DNA from: Eubacteriales bacterium
Lineage (GTDB): Bacteria; Bacillota; Clostridia; Oscillospirales; CAG-272
DNA length: 64,000 bases
Reading direction: 5' to 3'
Assembly: GCA_045580085.1 (NCBI GenBank)
Contig: JAZNND010000059.1
Location: forward strand, 2,782-66,781
Positions 46,473-55,307 of the stretch are shown here, one piece after another; within the stretch, counting starts at the first letter, position 1, and each line of letters starts with the position of its first letter. The translations under genes were made by a program, and so were the position numbers. Under the pieces are notes generated by a model. The model did no database searches. It was not told the DNA's origin and worked only from the letters and a program-made list of their open reading frames with translations.

Positions 46473-47080
46473 GCGTCCAAAGAACGGTTGGCGCGCTCTT
46501 CAATCAAGAAGGTCGCTTCCATGTCCGCAACATAGTTTGCCATGGCGAGAGGATACATCTCAAAAGCGGCAGAGACATTTCTCGCTTCCTCATCCTTCGA
46601 GAAGCCCATGTGGTAACGGATGGCAAATGCCTCTTCGCGGCTCAGTCTCATATAGCCGTTGATGATGTATACCGATTTTTCCCCGTGTCCGTAGGGCATT
46701 TTATCCTCAAATTCATAATAAGGGACCGTTTGCCATACGCCGTCTTTTTTAACGTTGCGCGAGGAAACTTTATATACGTTCACCTTGCAAAGATCGTGCA
46801 AAAGAGAAACAATGGCAACTGTTTCCTCGGAATAGGAAAGTCCGTATTCGTTTTTAAAACGTGGGCTGTTGACATAGGCGTGAAGGGCTTCATACACATT
46901 GACGCTGTGCTCACACAAACCGCCTTCGTAAGCACCGTGAAATTTGGTAGACGCGGGGGCGGTAAAAAAGTCCGAATGTTCCGAACAAATGTAATCAAGC
47001 AGTTCCTTGGCACCGGGACGTGTGATGTGTGTCGTATAATAGTTCAAAAATTTTTCTTTTGCGGTCATTGTAATCACCAT
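46469..47080 (-). CDS. HD-domain phosphohydrolase
   Basis: FHGAYEGGLCEHS and LLHDLCK supply the H..HD motif. The gene overlaps the downstream PHP gene by 4 nt. Confidence 0.7.
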   Translation of the reverse strand: MVITMTAKEKFLNYYTTHITRPGAKELLDYICSEHSDFFTAPASTKFHGAYEGGLCEHSVNVYEALHAYVNSPRFKNEYGLSYSEETVAIVSLLHDLCKVNVYKVSSRNVKKDGVWQTVPYYEFEDKMPYGHGEKSVYIINGYMRLSREEAFAIRYHMGFSKDEEARNVSAAFEMYPLAMANYVADMEATFLIEERANRSLDA

Positions 47081-47220
47081 GCCTAAAAAGGCTTCCTTAT
47101 TTTATTGCATCATTTATATTGTTATTGTAACACAAAAGCAGCCTTTCGTCAATGGCAAAATATAAAAACGGAAACCGTAAAGCGATACGGAGGAAAGAGA
47201 AAAAATTCATAAAAAAGATA

Positions 47221-47249
47221 TTGACTTTAAAAATATAATCTGCTATAAT
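47221..47249 (+). promoter_or_regulatory. Putative promoter of pflB
   Basis: TTGACT (47221-47226), 17-nt spacer, TGcTATAAT (-10 at 47244-47249). Confidence 0.55.
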
Positions 47250-47260
47250 GAACACAGAAA

Positions 47261-47336
47261 GATTCGGTTACTGACGGATAAATAGGGTTCACCTATAGGA
47301 AGCCGAGTTGTTAAATGCCGACCGTCTGGGCAGTTT
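47261..47336 (+). ncRNA. Probable ZTP (pfl-motif) riboswitch aptamer
   Basis: P1 is UUCGGU/GCCGAG. ACUGACGG resembles the conserved GACUGGCG. P2 is AUAGG-GUUCA-CCUAU. The 3' element CCGUCUGGGCA resembles the conserved CCGCCUGGGCA. The pseudoknot GACGG/CCGUC carries a compensatory G-C to A-U change. Confidence 0.6.
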
Positions 47337-47366
47337 TGTGGTGAGCAAGACTGCCTTTTTGTTTTG
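47328..47366 (+). terminator. Expression-platform terminator of the pflB leader
   Basis: GGCAGT pairs with ACTGCC and is followed by TTTTTGTTTT. The 5' arm overlaps the conserved CUGGGCA of the aptamer. Confidence 0.55.
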
Positions 47367-47400
47367 CCCCCCGCGAGATCAATGACAGGAGGATTTTAAA

Positions 47401-49635
47401 ATGAAAATGTTCAAAGAATGGGAAGGATTTATCGCAGGCGATTGGTGCGAAGGCATCAATGTGCGTGAATTTATCCAGAAAAACTATACGCCTTACCTCG
47501 GAGATGAAAGCTTTCTTTCGCCTGCCAGCGACAGAACCAACCGTCTCATGGGAAAACTGAATGAAAAATTAACCGAGGAAAAAGAAAAAGGCGGTGTAAT
47601 CGGAATTGATACCGAAACCGTTACCTCGCTTCTCAACTATCCCGCCGCCTATCTTTCGAAGGAAGACGAGCTCATCGTCGGCTTGCAAACGGGTGCGCCC
47701 CTCGTGCGCGCCGTCAATCCCTTCGGCGGTATTCGTATGGCAAGAAGTGCTTGCAAGGCTTACGGATATGAGCTTTCCGATCAGATTGAGCGCGAATTTC
47801 ATTACCGCACTACTCATAACGACGGTGTGTTCCGCGTTTACACCGAAAGCATGCGTGCCATGCGCCATACCGGTATTCTGACCGGGCTTCCCGATGCTTA
47901 CGGCAGAGGGCGTATCATCGGCGACTATCGCCGTATCGCGCTTTACGGTATTGATTATTTGATTGAGGAAAAGAAAAAGGATAAAGAGCGTCTCGGTGCG
48001 CGCCGTATGACAGAGGATGTTATTCGTCTTTCCGAGGAACTCTATAAGCAGATCTCTTTCCTCGAAAAGCTTCGCGATATGGGCAAGCTTTACGGATGCG
48101 ATATCTCGCGCCCTGCCGCCGATGCGCGTGAGGCGGTGCAATGGACCTACTTTGGTTATCTTGCTGCCAACAAGGAGCAAAACGGCGCCGCTATGTCGCT
48201 TGGCAGAGTGGGAACCTTCTTTGATATCTATTTTGAAAGAGATATCCGCTGCGGCATGCTCGATGAGACGGGTGCCCAAGAGCTGATCGATCAGTTCGTG
48301 ATGAAGCTTCGCATGATCCGTCATTTGCGCACTCCCGAATATAACGAGCTTTTCGGCGGCGATCCCATGTGGATCACCGAAGCGGTCGGCGGTATGGGTG
48401 AAGACGGAAGAACCCTGGTTACCAAGACTGCCTTCCGTTTCTTGCATACGCTTTATAATTTGTGCACGGCTCCCGAACCCAACCTGACGGTGCTTTGGTC
48501 GGAAGCACTTCCCGAAAACTTCAAACGCTATTGCGCACGTGTCTCCATTGAAACGGATTCCATCCAGTATGAGAACGATGATATTATGCGCCCGGCGTAC
48601 GGTGACGATTATGCCATCGCGTGTTGCGTCAGTGCCATGAAGGTCGGCAAACAAATGCAGTTCTTCGGTGCCAGATGCAATCTGCCCAAGCTTCTTTTGC
48701 TCGCGCTTAACGGCGGCAGAGAAGAAAAATATGATATTAAGATCGGCCCCTCCATGGAACCCGTCGGCAATGGCGTTTTGGACTATGATGAGGTGCGCCG
48801 TCGCTTGGACTACTATATCTCTTGGCTCGCCGGGGAATATGTAGATACCATGAACGTGATTCACTTTATGCACGACAAGTATGCCTATGAAAAGGTTCAG
48901 CTTGCTCTCCACGATACCGATGTGGAGCGTTTGATGGCATTCGGCGTGGCAGGCCTTTCGGTCATTGCCGACAGCCTTTCCGCTATCAAATACGCCAAGG
49001 TGACTCCTATCTTTAGCGAAAACGGGCTTATTGAGGACTTCAAGACCGAAGGCGACTTCCCCAAGTTCGGCAATGATGATGACAGAGTTGACAGCATTGC
49101 CAAAGAACTTTTGGAACGCTTTATCACCGAGCTCCGCAAGAATCCCACCTATCGCGGTGCGAAGCATACCCTTTCTGTCTTGACTATCACCAGTAATGTC
49201 GTGTATGGTAAAAAGACAGGCTCTACGCCCGATGGCAGACAAGCGGGTGAACCTTTTGCACCCGGTGCCAACCCCATGCACAACCGTGAAAAGAACGGCG
49301 CGTTGGCATCTCTTAATTCGGTTGCCAAGTTGTCGTATGAGGATTGCCGCGACGGTATTTCCAACACCTTCTCTATTGTTCCTGCCGCACTCGGCAAGGA
49401 TATGGAGGAAAGAAAAAACAATCTCGTTTCCATCCTCGGCGGATACTTCGCGCAAAACGCGCATCACATCAATGTCAATGTTCTTGATCGCCAAAAGCTG
49501 GTGGATGCTATGGAAAATCCTTCGCTTTACCCCAATTTGACCATCCGTGTTTCGGGTTACGCCGTCAACTTCCATAAGCTTTCCCCTGCACAGCAGAAGG
49601 AAGTCATCAGCCGTACCTTCCACGAAAACATCTGA
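47401..49635 (+). CDS. pflB: Formate C-acetyltransferase (pyruvate formate-lyase)
   Basis: 744 aa. The active-site Cys pair is in [10 protein letters not shown] and the glycyl-radical motif is [11 protein letters not shown]. Confidence 0.97.
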   Translation: MKMFKEWEGFIAGDWCEGINVREFIQKNYTPYLGDESFLSPASDRTNRLMGKLNEKLTEEKEKGGVIGIDTETVTSLLNYPAAYLSKEDELIVGLQTGAPLVRAVNPFGGIRMARSACKAYGYELSDQIEREFHYRTTHNDGVFRVYTESMRAMRHTGILTGLPDAYGRGRIIGDYRRIALYGIDYLIEEKKKDKERLGARRMTEDVIRLSEELYKQISFLEKLRDMGKLYGCDISRPAADAREAVQWTYFGYLAANKEQNGAAMSLGRVGTFFDIYFERDIRCGMLDETGAQELIDQFVMKLRMIRHLRTPEYNELFGGDPMWITEAVGGMGEDGRTLVTKTAFRFLHTLYNLCTAPEPNLTVLWSEALPENFKRYCARVSIETDSIQYENDDIMRPAYGDDYAIACCVSAMKVGKQMQFFGARCNLPKLLLLALNGGREEKYDIKIGPSMEPVGNGVLDYDEVRRRLDYYISWLAGEYVDTMNVIHFMHDKYAYEKVQLALHDTDVERLMAFGVAGLSVIADSLSAIKYAKVTPIFSENGLIEDFKTEGDFPKFGNDDDRVDSIAKELLERFITELRKNPTYRGAKHTLSVLTITSNVVYGKKTGSTPDGRQAGEPFAPGANPMHNREKNGALASLNSVAKLSYEDCRDGISNTFSIVPAALGKDMEERKNNLVSILGGYFAQNAHHINVNVLDRQKLVDAMENPSLYPNLTIRVSGYAVNFHKLSPAQQKEVISRTFHENI

Positions 49636-50330
49636 TGAAAGGCTTCGTTCACAGCATTCAGTCATTGGGAACGGTAGACGGACCGGGTGTGCGCACCGTT
49701 GTATTCACGGAAGGATGTCCTCTTCGCTGTGCCTATTGCCATAATCCCGATACTTGGGAAAGAAGAGAAGAGGATTTGACCGAGGCGAAGGATCTCGCAG
49801 AAAAGATCCTTCGGTTTTACCCTTACATTAAGGATGGCGGTGTTACCTTCTCGGGCGGAGAGCCCTGTCTTGAGGCTCCGTTTCTTTGCGAACTTGCGCG
49901 CTATCTGAAAGAGAAGGGGTTGCACATCGCTCTTGACACCTCAGGCTCCGTTTCGGGGCAGTCGGTCGATGAGTTGTTATCTCTTTGCGATCTTGTGTTA
50001 CTTGATCTCAAAATGACACGGGAAGAGGATCATCTTAAGTATATCGGTGCCCCTCTTTCTCCCGTTTTAAAATTCCTTGATAGATTGCAAACTTTCGGTA
50101 AGCCTGTGTGGATTCGGCATGTGGTCGTGCCCGGGATCAATGATACGGAAGAGGATATCCTTCGGCTGAAAAATATGCTCAATCCTTACACTTGCGTTCG
50201 GAAAATTGAGCTTTTGCCTTTCAAAACGCTTTGTCTTGAAAAATATAAAAATCTCGGTATCCCGTTCCCTTTGGAAGGCACACCTCCTCTTTCCGCACAA
50301 AAGCTTGAGATGCTCAAAGCACTTCTTTAA
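49635..50330 (+). CDS. pflA: Pyruvate formate-lyase activating enzyme (radical SAM)
   Basis: The ATG overlaps the pflB stop (TGATG). GCPLRCAYCHNPDTW supplies the CxxxCxxC motif. Confidence 0.95.
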   Translation: MKGFVHSIQSLGTVDGPGVRTVVFTEGCPLRCAYCHNPDTWERREEDLTEAKDLAEKILRFYPYIKDGGVTFSGGEPCLEAPFLCELARYLKEKGLHIALDTSGSVSGQSVDELLSLCDLVLLDLKMTREEDHLKYIGAPLSPVLKFLDRLQTFGKPVWIRHVVVPGINDTEEDILRLKNMLNPYTCVRKIELLPFKTLCLEKYKNLGIPFPLEGTPPLSAQKLEMLKALL

Positions 50331-50344
50331 AAACTCAAAAACGT

Positions 50345-50397
50345 ATCCCCCTTAGTGAGCCTTGAACAAGCGTCAAGACTGTGCTGAGGGGGATTTT
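50345..50397 (+). terminator. Terminator after pflA
   Basis: ATCCCCCT pairs with AGGGGGAT around an inner hairpin CTTGA..TCAAG, followed by TTTTG. Confidence 0.5.
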
Positions 50398-50425
50398 GTA
50401 AACTTTGATTTTATTTTAGACGGTA

Positions 50426-51262
50426 TTATACACCGCTGAGCGTCAAGAAGCCGCCATCAACAGGAACGGTGATGCCTGTTACAAAGGAAGATGCCTCCTC
50501 ATTCAAAAGCCATTTGACACAGCCGACAAGATCGCTCGCTTCTCCGAAACGCCCCATCGGGGTGTGAGAGATGACCTGCTCGCCGCGACGCGTCAAACCG
50601 TCCTCTACCGTGCCGAGATACGATTTACTTCTTTCATTGACCATAAAGCCGGGTGCAATGGCGTTGATGCGAATGTGTGCGGGCGCAAAATAAGCAGCCA
50701 AAGATTGGGTAAGATTGCTTACCGCAGCCTTGCTCATCGCATAGGCAAAGCAACGTGTTAAAGGACAGTAGGTGTTCATCGAAGCAAAGTTGATGATGCT
50801 GCCGCATCCTTTTTTAGCCATCTGCTTGGCAAATGCCATCGTGGGAATAACGGTGCCCATGGTGTTGATCAAAAGTACGCTTTCAAACGCATTCATATCA
50901 ATATCGTAGAGTCCCTTTTCGCCTTCGGGCATTTCGTGCGACAGTTCGCGGGGATCAAATTTGGTTACGGTAGGCATTGCCGCCTTGTTGTTGCCGCCGG
51001 CACCGTTGATGAGATAATCACAACCGCCTGCTTTTTCAACGGCTTCGGCAAGTGCCTCGACTTCTTCGCGATTGGTTACGTCTGCCGCGTATATGGAACA
51101 AACGCCGCCTGCCGCGGTGATCTTTTCGGCAGTCTTTTCCAACTTCTCTTTGGTTCTTCCAACGAGGAAGACATGTACGCCTTCCTCTGCCAAACGAATG
51201 GCAATTTCCGAGCAGAGCGTGCCGCCTGCTCCCGTTACAACAGCAATCTTGTTCTTAAACAT
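50426..51262 (-). CDS. SDR family oxidoreductase (mannonate/fructuronate-reductase-like by context)
   Basis: Start taken at MFKNKIAVVTGAGGTL (TGxxGxxG). The catalytic YAMSK is present. It lies immediately downstream of uxaC. Confidence 0.75.
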   Translation of the reverse strand: MFKNKIAVVTGAGGTLCSEIAIRLAEEGVHVFLVGRTKEKLEKTAEKITAAGGVCSIYAADVTNREEVEALAEAVEKAGGCDYLINGAGGNNKAAMPTVTKFDPRELSHEMPEGEKGLYDIDMNAFESVLLINTMGTVIPTMAFAKQMAKKGCGSIINFASMNTYCPLTRCFAYAMSKAAVSNLTQSLAAYFAPAHIRINAIAPGFMVNERSKSYLGTVEDGLTRRGEQVISHTPMGRFGEASDLVGCVKWLLNEEASSFVTGITVPVDGGFLTLSGV

Positions 51263-52526
51263 GTGTAGCATCTCCTATTTTTCTTTTAGCATTTTGATAA
51301 GATATACGAACGGCGATATCCGCCAAGGCTGCATTCGAAAGTCCCCATTCTCCTTTTTCGTTCTCCTCGTCCAAGAAAGAACAGAGCAAACGGCGGAAAT
51401 AATCGTGGCGGACAAAAGAAAGAATACTGCGGGAATCGGTCGTCATACCGATGAATTCCGCCAAAACACCGAAGGAAGCGATGGAGGAAAGGGTATTCCT
51501 AATGCCGAGGGCGTGGTCGCACCACCACCATGCGGGGCCGAGCCCTACTTTAGACGGCACACCGTCCTCGGAAAAGGATCCTTGCATAACGGCAAGCGCG
51601 GGTACATCGGTCATGTTGAGAGGGAACAGCACTGTCTCGGGAAGTTTTCCTTCGCTCTCCATTCCCTTCAAAAGCGAAATAAGAGCGCATATATCAAGCT
51701 TGCCGCCCACCGCGGCATAACCGCCGGCAGGGCCTGCCAAAGCTCTGAGTCTGTCGCTTGTGTCGCGCTTGGCGTCCATGTGTAAAAGCAAAGTCATGCC
51801 GCGCTTGGCATATTCCATGCCGAGGCGTTTCAGCATCTCGCTTTTTTGAGCATCTTCGAAAAAACCCGCATCAAGCGCGTGATCGGCGAATCGACAGCCT
51901 TTTGCCTTGAAATCGTCCAGAACCTTTCCTACGGCGGAAACATAATCGCTTTCGCCCGTTTTTCTTGTCAGCTTTTCTTTCAGCTCTTGTGAAGGAGCCA
52001 AAAGATCGTCGCCTCTGAGGGAGGGAGCTGTCTCTTTGCCGTCAAAGCATGAGATATCCTCCAAAAGGCTACACACGGGGGATTGGTATTCCACACCGAA
52101 ACGCGCAAGCATGGCTTTGGCGCGGTATTCGGGAGAAGAAAGTTTTTCATTGGCGGCATCGTAAATGTAGCGCGCGTTCTCACGGCACAAAGGGGTGTCT
52201 ATTCCCAAAACACGCGAAAGCTCCATGCGCGACCAATCATAAACGGGATTTCCAACCAAGCGCGGAAAAATTTCACAGTATTTTTCAAAGCGTTCAAAGG
52301 GATCTTTGCTTTGTGTGATGTAATATTCCGGCACACCGCAAATACGCATCAGCCTATGCTTATAAGGATCGGGTGCTAACCATAGCTCCGTGAGATTTTC
52401 AAAGCTTCGGTTGGCGGCAATGTCTGCTACCGCGATATGGTTGTGATAGTCAATGATGGGGAGGGAAGCGACGTTTTCGTAAAGCGTTTGCGCCCCCTTG
52501 GTTTTCAATAAATAATTTTCTTTCAT
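51255..52526 (-). CDS. uxaC: Glucuronate isomerase
   Basis: LPIIDYHNHI, NPVYDWSRMEL, GPAWWW and MTTDSRSILSFVRHDYFRRLLC are collinear with E. coli UxaC. At 423 aa this is a short form. Confidence 0.9.
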   Translation of the reverse strand: MKENYLLKTKGAQTLYENVASLPIIDYHNHIAVADIAANRSFENLTELWLAPDPYKHRLMRICGVPEYYITQSKDPFERFEKYCEIFPRLVGNPVYDWSRMELSRVLGIDTPLCRENARYIYDAANEKLSSPEYRAKAMLARFGVEYQSPVCSLLEDISCFDGKETAPSLRGDDLLAPSQELKEKLTRKTGESDYVSAVGKVLDDFKAKGCRFADHALDAGFFEDAQKSEMLKRLGMEYAKRGMTLLLHMDAKRDTSDRLRALAGPAGGYAAVGGKLDICALISLLKGMESEGKLPETVLFPLNMTDVPALAVMQGSFSEDGVPSKVGLGPAWWWCDHALGIRNTLSSIASFGVLAEFIGMTTDSRSILSFVRHDYFRRLLCSFLDEENEKGEWGLSNAALADIAVRISYQNAKRKIGDATHV

Positions 52527-52824
52527 TTTGTTTCCTCTGTATATGCTTCTTCGGTACGCGCGATGATAGCAAGTATGCCATATTTTTCATTTTCTTGGTG
52601 CGGTGTGCAATAGCAATTCTCTCCAAAGATCTCTTTGAAGATCTTGTGTCGCCAAGTATACCGCCTCCGCCTCGGCGTTTTCAATAACGATGGAAATGTC
52701 GTTCTTCTGATCAAAAAGTTTCATGGCGAACATCCTATCGTGCTTTCACTTTTGAGTATAGCATCTTGTGTTGATTTTTGCAATAACCGATACGATCTTT
52801 TTTGACACGATTTGATCACGCCTC

Positions 52825-52852
52825 TTGACAAATTTTTGTTATGTGTTACAAT
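52825..52852 (+). promoter_or_regulatory. Putative promoter of the AraC-family gene
   Basis: TTGACA (52825-52830), 16-nt spacer, TGtTACAAT (-10 at 52847-52852). Confidence 0.45.
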
Positions 52853-52893
52853 GATACTATCAAAGAAAGGAGATCGCTAAAGCGAAAAATGTT

Positions 52894-53667
52894 ATGAGAT
52901 ATGCGTATAATCCCAATGAGCCTTTTTTTACGGTGGGAAATCTCGATATCCTCAATGTATCGCGAGGCAAGGGCTTCAAGCACTCCTATCGCAACGGCAG
53001 AAATAAGCATGGGTTGATCTTTACGGTAAAAGGGCAAATGAAATATACCTTTCTTTCGGATGAAAAAACTATGATCTTTGGGGTGGGAACATTGCTTTTC
53101 GTGCCCAAAGGGTGCGCTTATCATGCCGTTTACTTGGAAGAGGGAAGTGAGCTTAAGATCATTCAGTTTGATCTTGCAAGCGGCACACTGCCAGAGTATT
53201 TTACCGAACCGAGAGTAATCGATCTCCCTTCGGCGCGCGAATCAGTGGAAAGTTTTTTCTCTGAGCAAAAGAGCAGGGCATCAAGTCATCCTTTCTATTT
53301 TCTCTCGCGCCTTTATCATCTTCTTTGGCAGATCGATGATTTTTATACCCATCTGCCCGCGAAATATAAAAAGTTAAAAGCTGCTCTTGATGAGATTTCG
53401 GTCCGTTTTGATCAAAGCAAAAGCGTTGCGTTTTACGCCGATCTTTGCGATATGAGCGAGGTGAGCTTTCGCCGTCTTTTTCATGAATATACAGGGCTCT
53501 CTCCTATCGATTATCGCAATACTATTCGTCTCGCTTGTGCCCAAAAACGTTTGGCAACGGGGGAATACAATGTTACCGAAGCGGCGCAGAGTGTTGGTTT
53601 CTCGAATCTTTCCTTTTTCATTCGCCTTTATAAGAAAAAATACGGTTACACGCCTAAAAAGGAATAA
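52894..53667 (+). CDS. AraC family transcriptional regulator
   Basis: The C-terminal HTH pair includes FRRLFHEYTGLSPIDYRNTIRL and GFSNLSFFIRLYKKKYGYTP. Confidence 0.85.
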   Translation: MRYAYNPNEPFFTVGNLDILNVSRGKGFKHSYRNGRNKHGLIFTVKGQMKYTFLSDEKTMIFGVGTLLFVPKGCAYHAVYLEEGSELKIIQFDLASGTLPEYFTEPRVIDLPSARESVESFFSEQKSRASSHPFYFLSRLYHLLWQIDDFYTHLPAKYKKLKAALDEISVRFDQSKSVAFYADLCDMSEVSFRRLFHEYTGLSPIDYRNTIRLACAQKRLATGEYNVTEAAQSVGFSNLSFFIRLYKKKYGYTPKKE

Positions 53668-53692
53668 CGTGTCTTTTTCATGTACTTAAAAC

Positions 53693-53731
53693 AGCAAAAG
53701 AGCCATCCAAAATTGGATCGGCTCTTTTGCT
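53693..53731. terminator. Bidirectional terminator hairpin
   Basis: AGCAAAAGAGCC pairs with GGCTCTTTTGCT around an inner ATCCAA/TTGGAT pair. It lies between convergent genes. Confidence 0.65.
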
Positions 53732-53736
53732 TGCAA

Positions 53737-55218
53737 TTATCCGATTAAAACAAAGGAGATGTAAAGTGCCGTGTGCCTGCCGGGGGAAGTTACTTCCAAA
53801 ACCAATCGGTTCTCCGCTTGCACGCATTCGCCTGCCTTTACGGTGTATGAAAGATGTGCCTTGCCGCCGTTATGGCTGTCGTGGTGCGGAAGTAGGATGT
53901 TTTTCTTGCCTTCGGCGGAGAAACCGTCCGGCAAAATCCACCGCATGGTAAGAGGGTGGGGCATGTTATCGTATACGCGATCATTGCGGAACATGACATC
54001 AACCTTGATTTCTCCCAAAGGCGCAATCTCGGAGGCGGAAAGCACCACGTCCGCATCAAGAAAGGCAGCTTTGAAATGCATGGAATGCGGCACCAGAGCT
54101 TTGACAGACGGCTGTACTTTTGCTTCCGTGCGGGCTTTCATTTGGGTAAATACGTTCTCGGGAATATCCTCTTTTCCAAAGAGGACACAAACTTTTTCGT
54201 AGCGGCGGTGTAAAAAGTAATAGCTGTAATAGTGAAGCACAACGGAGGCTTCGGCGGCGATGCGATCGGCAAGCTCGGTGCAAGTAGAGGGGAAGCTTTT
54301 GCCCACGCCTCCCTGTGCCAAGGAGACCGTAACGATCTTGTCACCGATGTATTGCGCCCAATCTTCGGGAATGCCCGCCGTGCCGTAAAGAATACCCATC
54401 GTTGCACCTACGGTTGCCGCGGTGCAGTCGGTATCGTCACCGCAGTTGATGGCGGTCAGCATGCTTTTTTTAAAATCGCCTTCGCCGTAAACAAGGCCGA
54501 TGATGGCAAACGCTACGTTGGAGGGGGCTTCAAACCAACCGTTGCCAATGTCGGCGTTTTGGGAAAGCACGAGATTTCGGGTTTCTATCCAGCTTTTCCC
54601 TTGCTTGTAACTTTCAAGAACCAACCGCACGCTTTTTGCCGTGCGGGATTCTTCGGGAATGGCGGCAAGTCCGATTTCGATGCACTCCGAAAGAGCCGAG
54701 AGCGCGAACGCCGCGGATTGCATGGCGGCAACGAAGGCGGCGGCGACCGTTCCTTCTCCGCAACCGTGATCTACCTTAGCGTCCTCCATCGCAAATTTCG
54801 CAGCCACTTCCGGAATGGCAGGAGCTGTGGTTGCCCAAACCTCGGTGCGAATCCAAGCTCCGTTGGAGTGGCACCAATTGTTATCTAAATCTCCGCTGAC
54901 AGAGGGCAAAATACCGCGCATCATATTGGCTTTGCCAATGCCGTACTCGTTCCAACCGGGATGAATGTAGCTGAGCCAGAATTCGCCGAGTGCCGAAGCG
55001 GAAATGCCTTGCGGACCGAGATGCTCAAGCGCATGAAGCCATACAAGCTGAAGATCCAAATCGTCATTGGGAAGCGGTTCGCCGGGAGGCGTGATAAAGC
55101 CTTTTACGTCTAACAGTTCGCGTTTCCCTTCGTAAGGTGTACCCATCGTTCCGCCGATGTTCTTGCCGATGAAGCAAGCTTTTACTTTGTCCTTATAGGT
55201 GTTGAAATCCAAAAACAT
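53737..55218 (-). CDS. ADP-ribosylglycohydrolase family protein with an extra C-terminal ~170-aa domain
   Basis: Start trimmed to ATG 55218 (AAAGGAGGC upstream). ARH signatures are GKNIGGTMGTPYEG, NDDLDLQ and CGDDTDCTAATVGA. The C-terminal part is unassigned. Confidence 0.8.
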   Translation of the reverse strand: MFLDFNTYKDKVKACFIGKNIGGTMGTPYEGKRELLDVKGFITPPGEPLPNDDLDLQLVWLHALEHLGPQGISASALGEFWLSYIHPGWNEYGIGKANMMRGILPSVSGDLDNNWCHSNGAWIRTEVWATTAPAIPEVAAKFAMEDAKVDHGCGEGTVAAAFVAAMQSAAFALSALSECIEIGLAAIPEESRTAKSVRLVLESYKQGKSWIETRNLVLSQNADIGNGWFEAPSNVAFAIIGLVYGEGDFKKSMLTAINCGDDTDCTAATVGATMGILYGTAGIPEDWAQYIGDKIVTVSLAQGGVGKSFPSTCTELADRIAAEASVVLHYYSYYFLHRRYEKVCVLFGKEDIPENVFTQMKARTEAKVQPSVKALVPHSMHFKAAFLDADVVLSASEIAPLGEIKVDVMFRNDRVYDNMPHPLTMRWILPDGFSAEGKKNILLPHHDSHNGGKAHLSYTVKAGECVQAENRLVLEVTSPGRHTALYISFVLIG

Positions 55219-55246
55219 ACGAAAGCCTCCTTTTGTTGATACTTCT

Positions 55247-55275
55247 ATCGTAGCAAAAGAAGGCTTTTTTGGCAA
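55247..55275 (-). promoter_or_regulatory. Putative promoter of the ADP-ribosylglycohydrolase gene
   Basis: On the minus strand: TTGCCA (55275-55270), 17-nt spacer, TGcTACGAT (-10 at 55252-55247). Confidence 0.4.
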
Positions 55276-55307
55276 TGCGAATTTTTGACTTCGGTTGTAG
55301 GTGTATT

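Noticed and set aside
2011-49665. Other long antisense or alternative-frame ORFs: 2011..3105, 3339..4538, 4628..5695, 13473..14348, 15982..17769, 16440..17501, 19084..20070, 20627..21934, 29316..30272, 36702..37622, 43873..45489, 47569..49665, 51072..51785, 60439..60951
   Set aside because: Each overlaps a gene with clear family motifs on the other strand or frame. Most are codon-aligned shadows explained by avoidance of TTA/CTA/TCA codons. None has a convincing RBS or motif.
53737-55218. Functional link between the ADP-ribosylglycohydrolase and the TIR cassette (signal degradation)
   Set aside because: The genes are 12 kb apart and separated by housekeeping units (yloV, pflBA, uxaC). They have independent promoters and terminators, and the ARH gene is flanked by its own AraC regulators. 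There is no sequence evidence for co-regulation.
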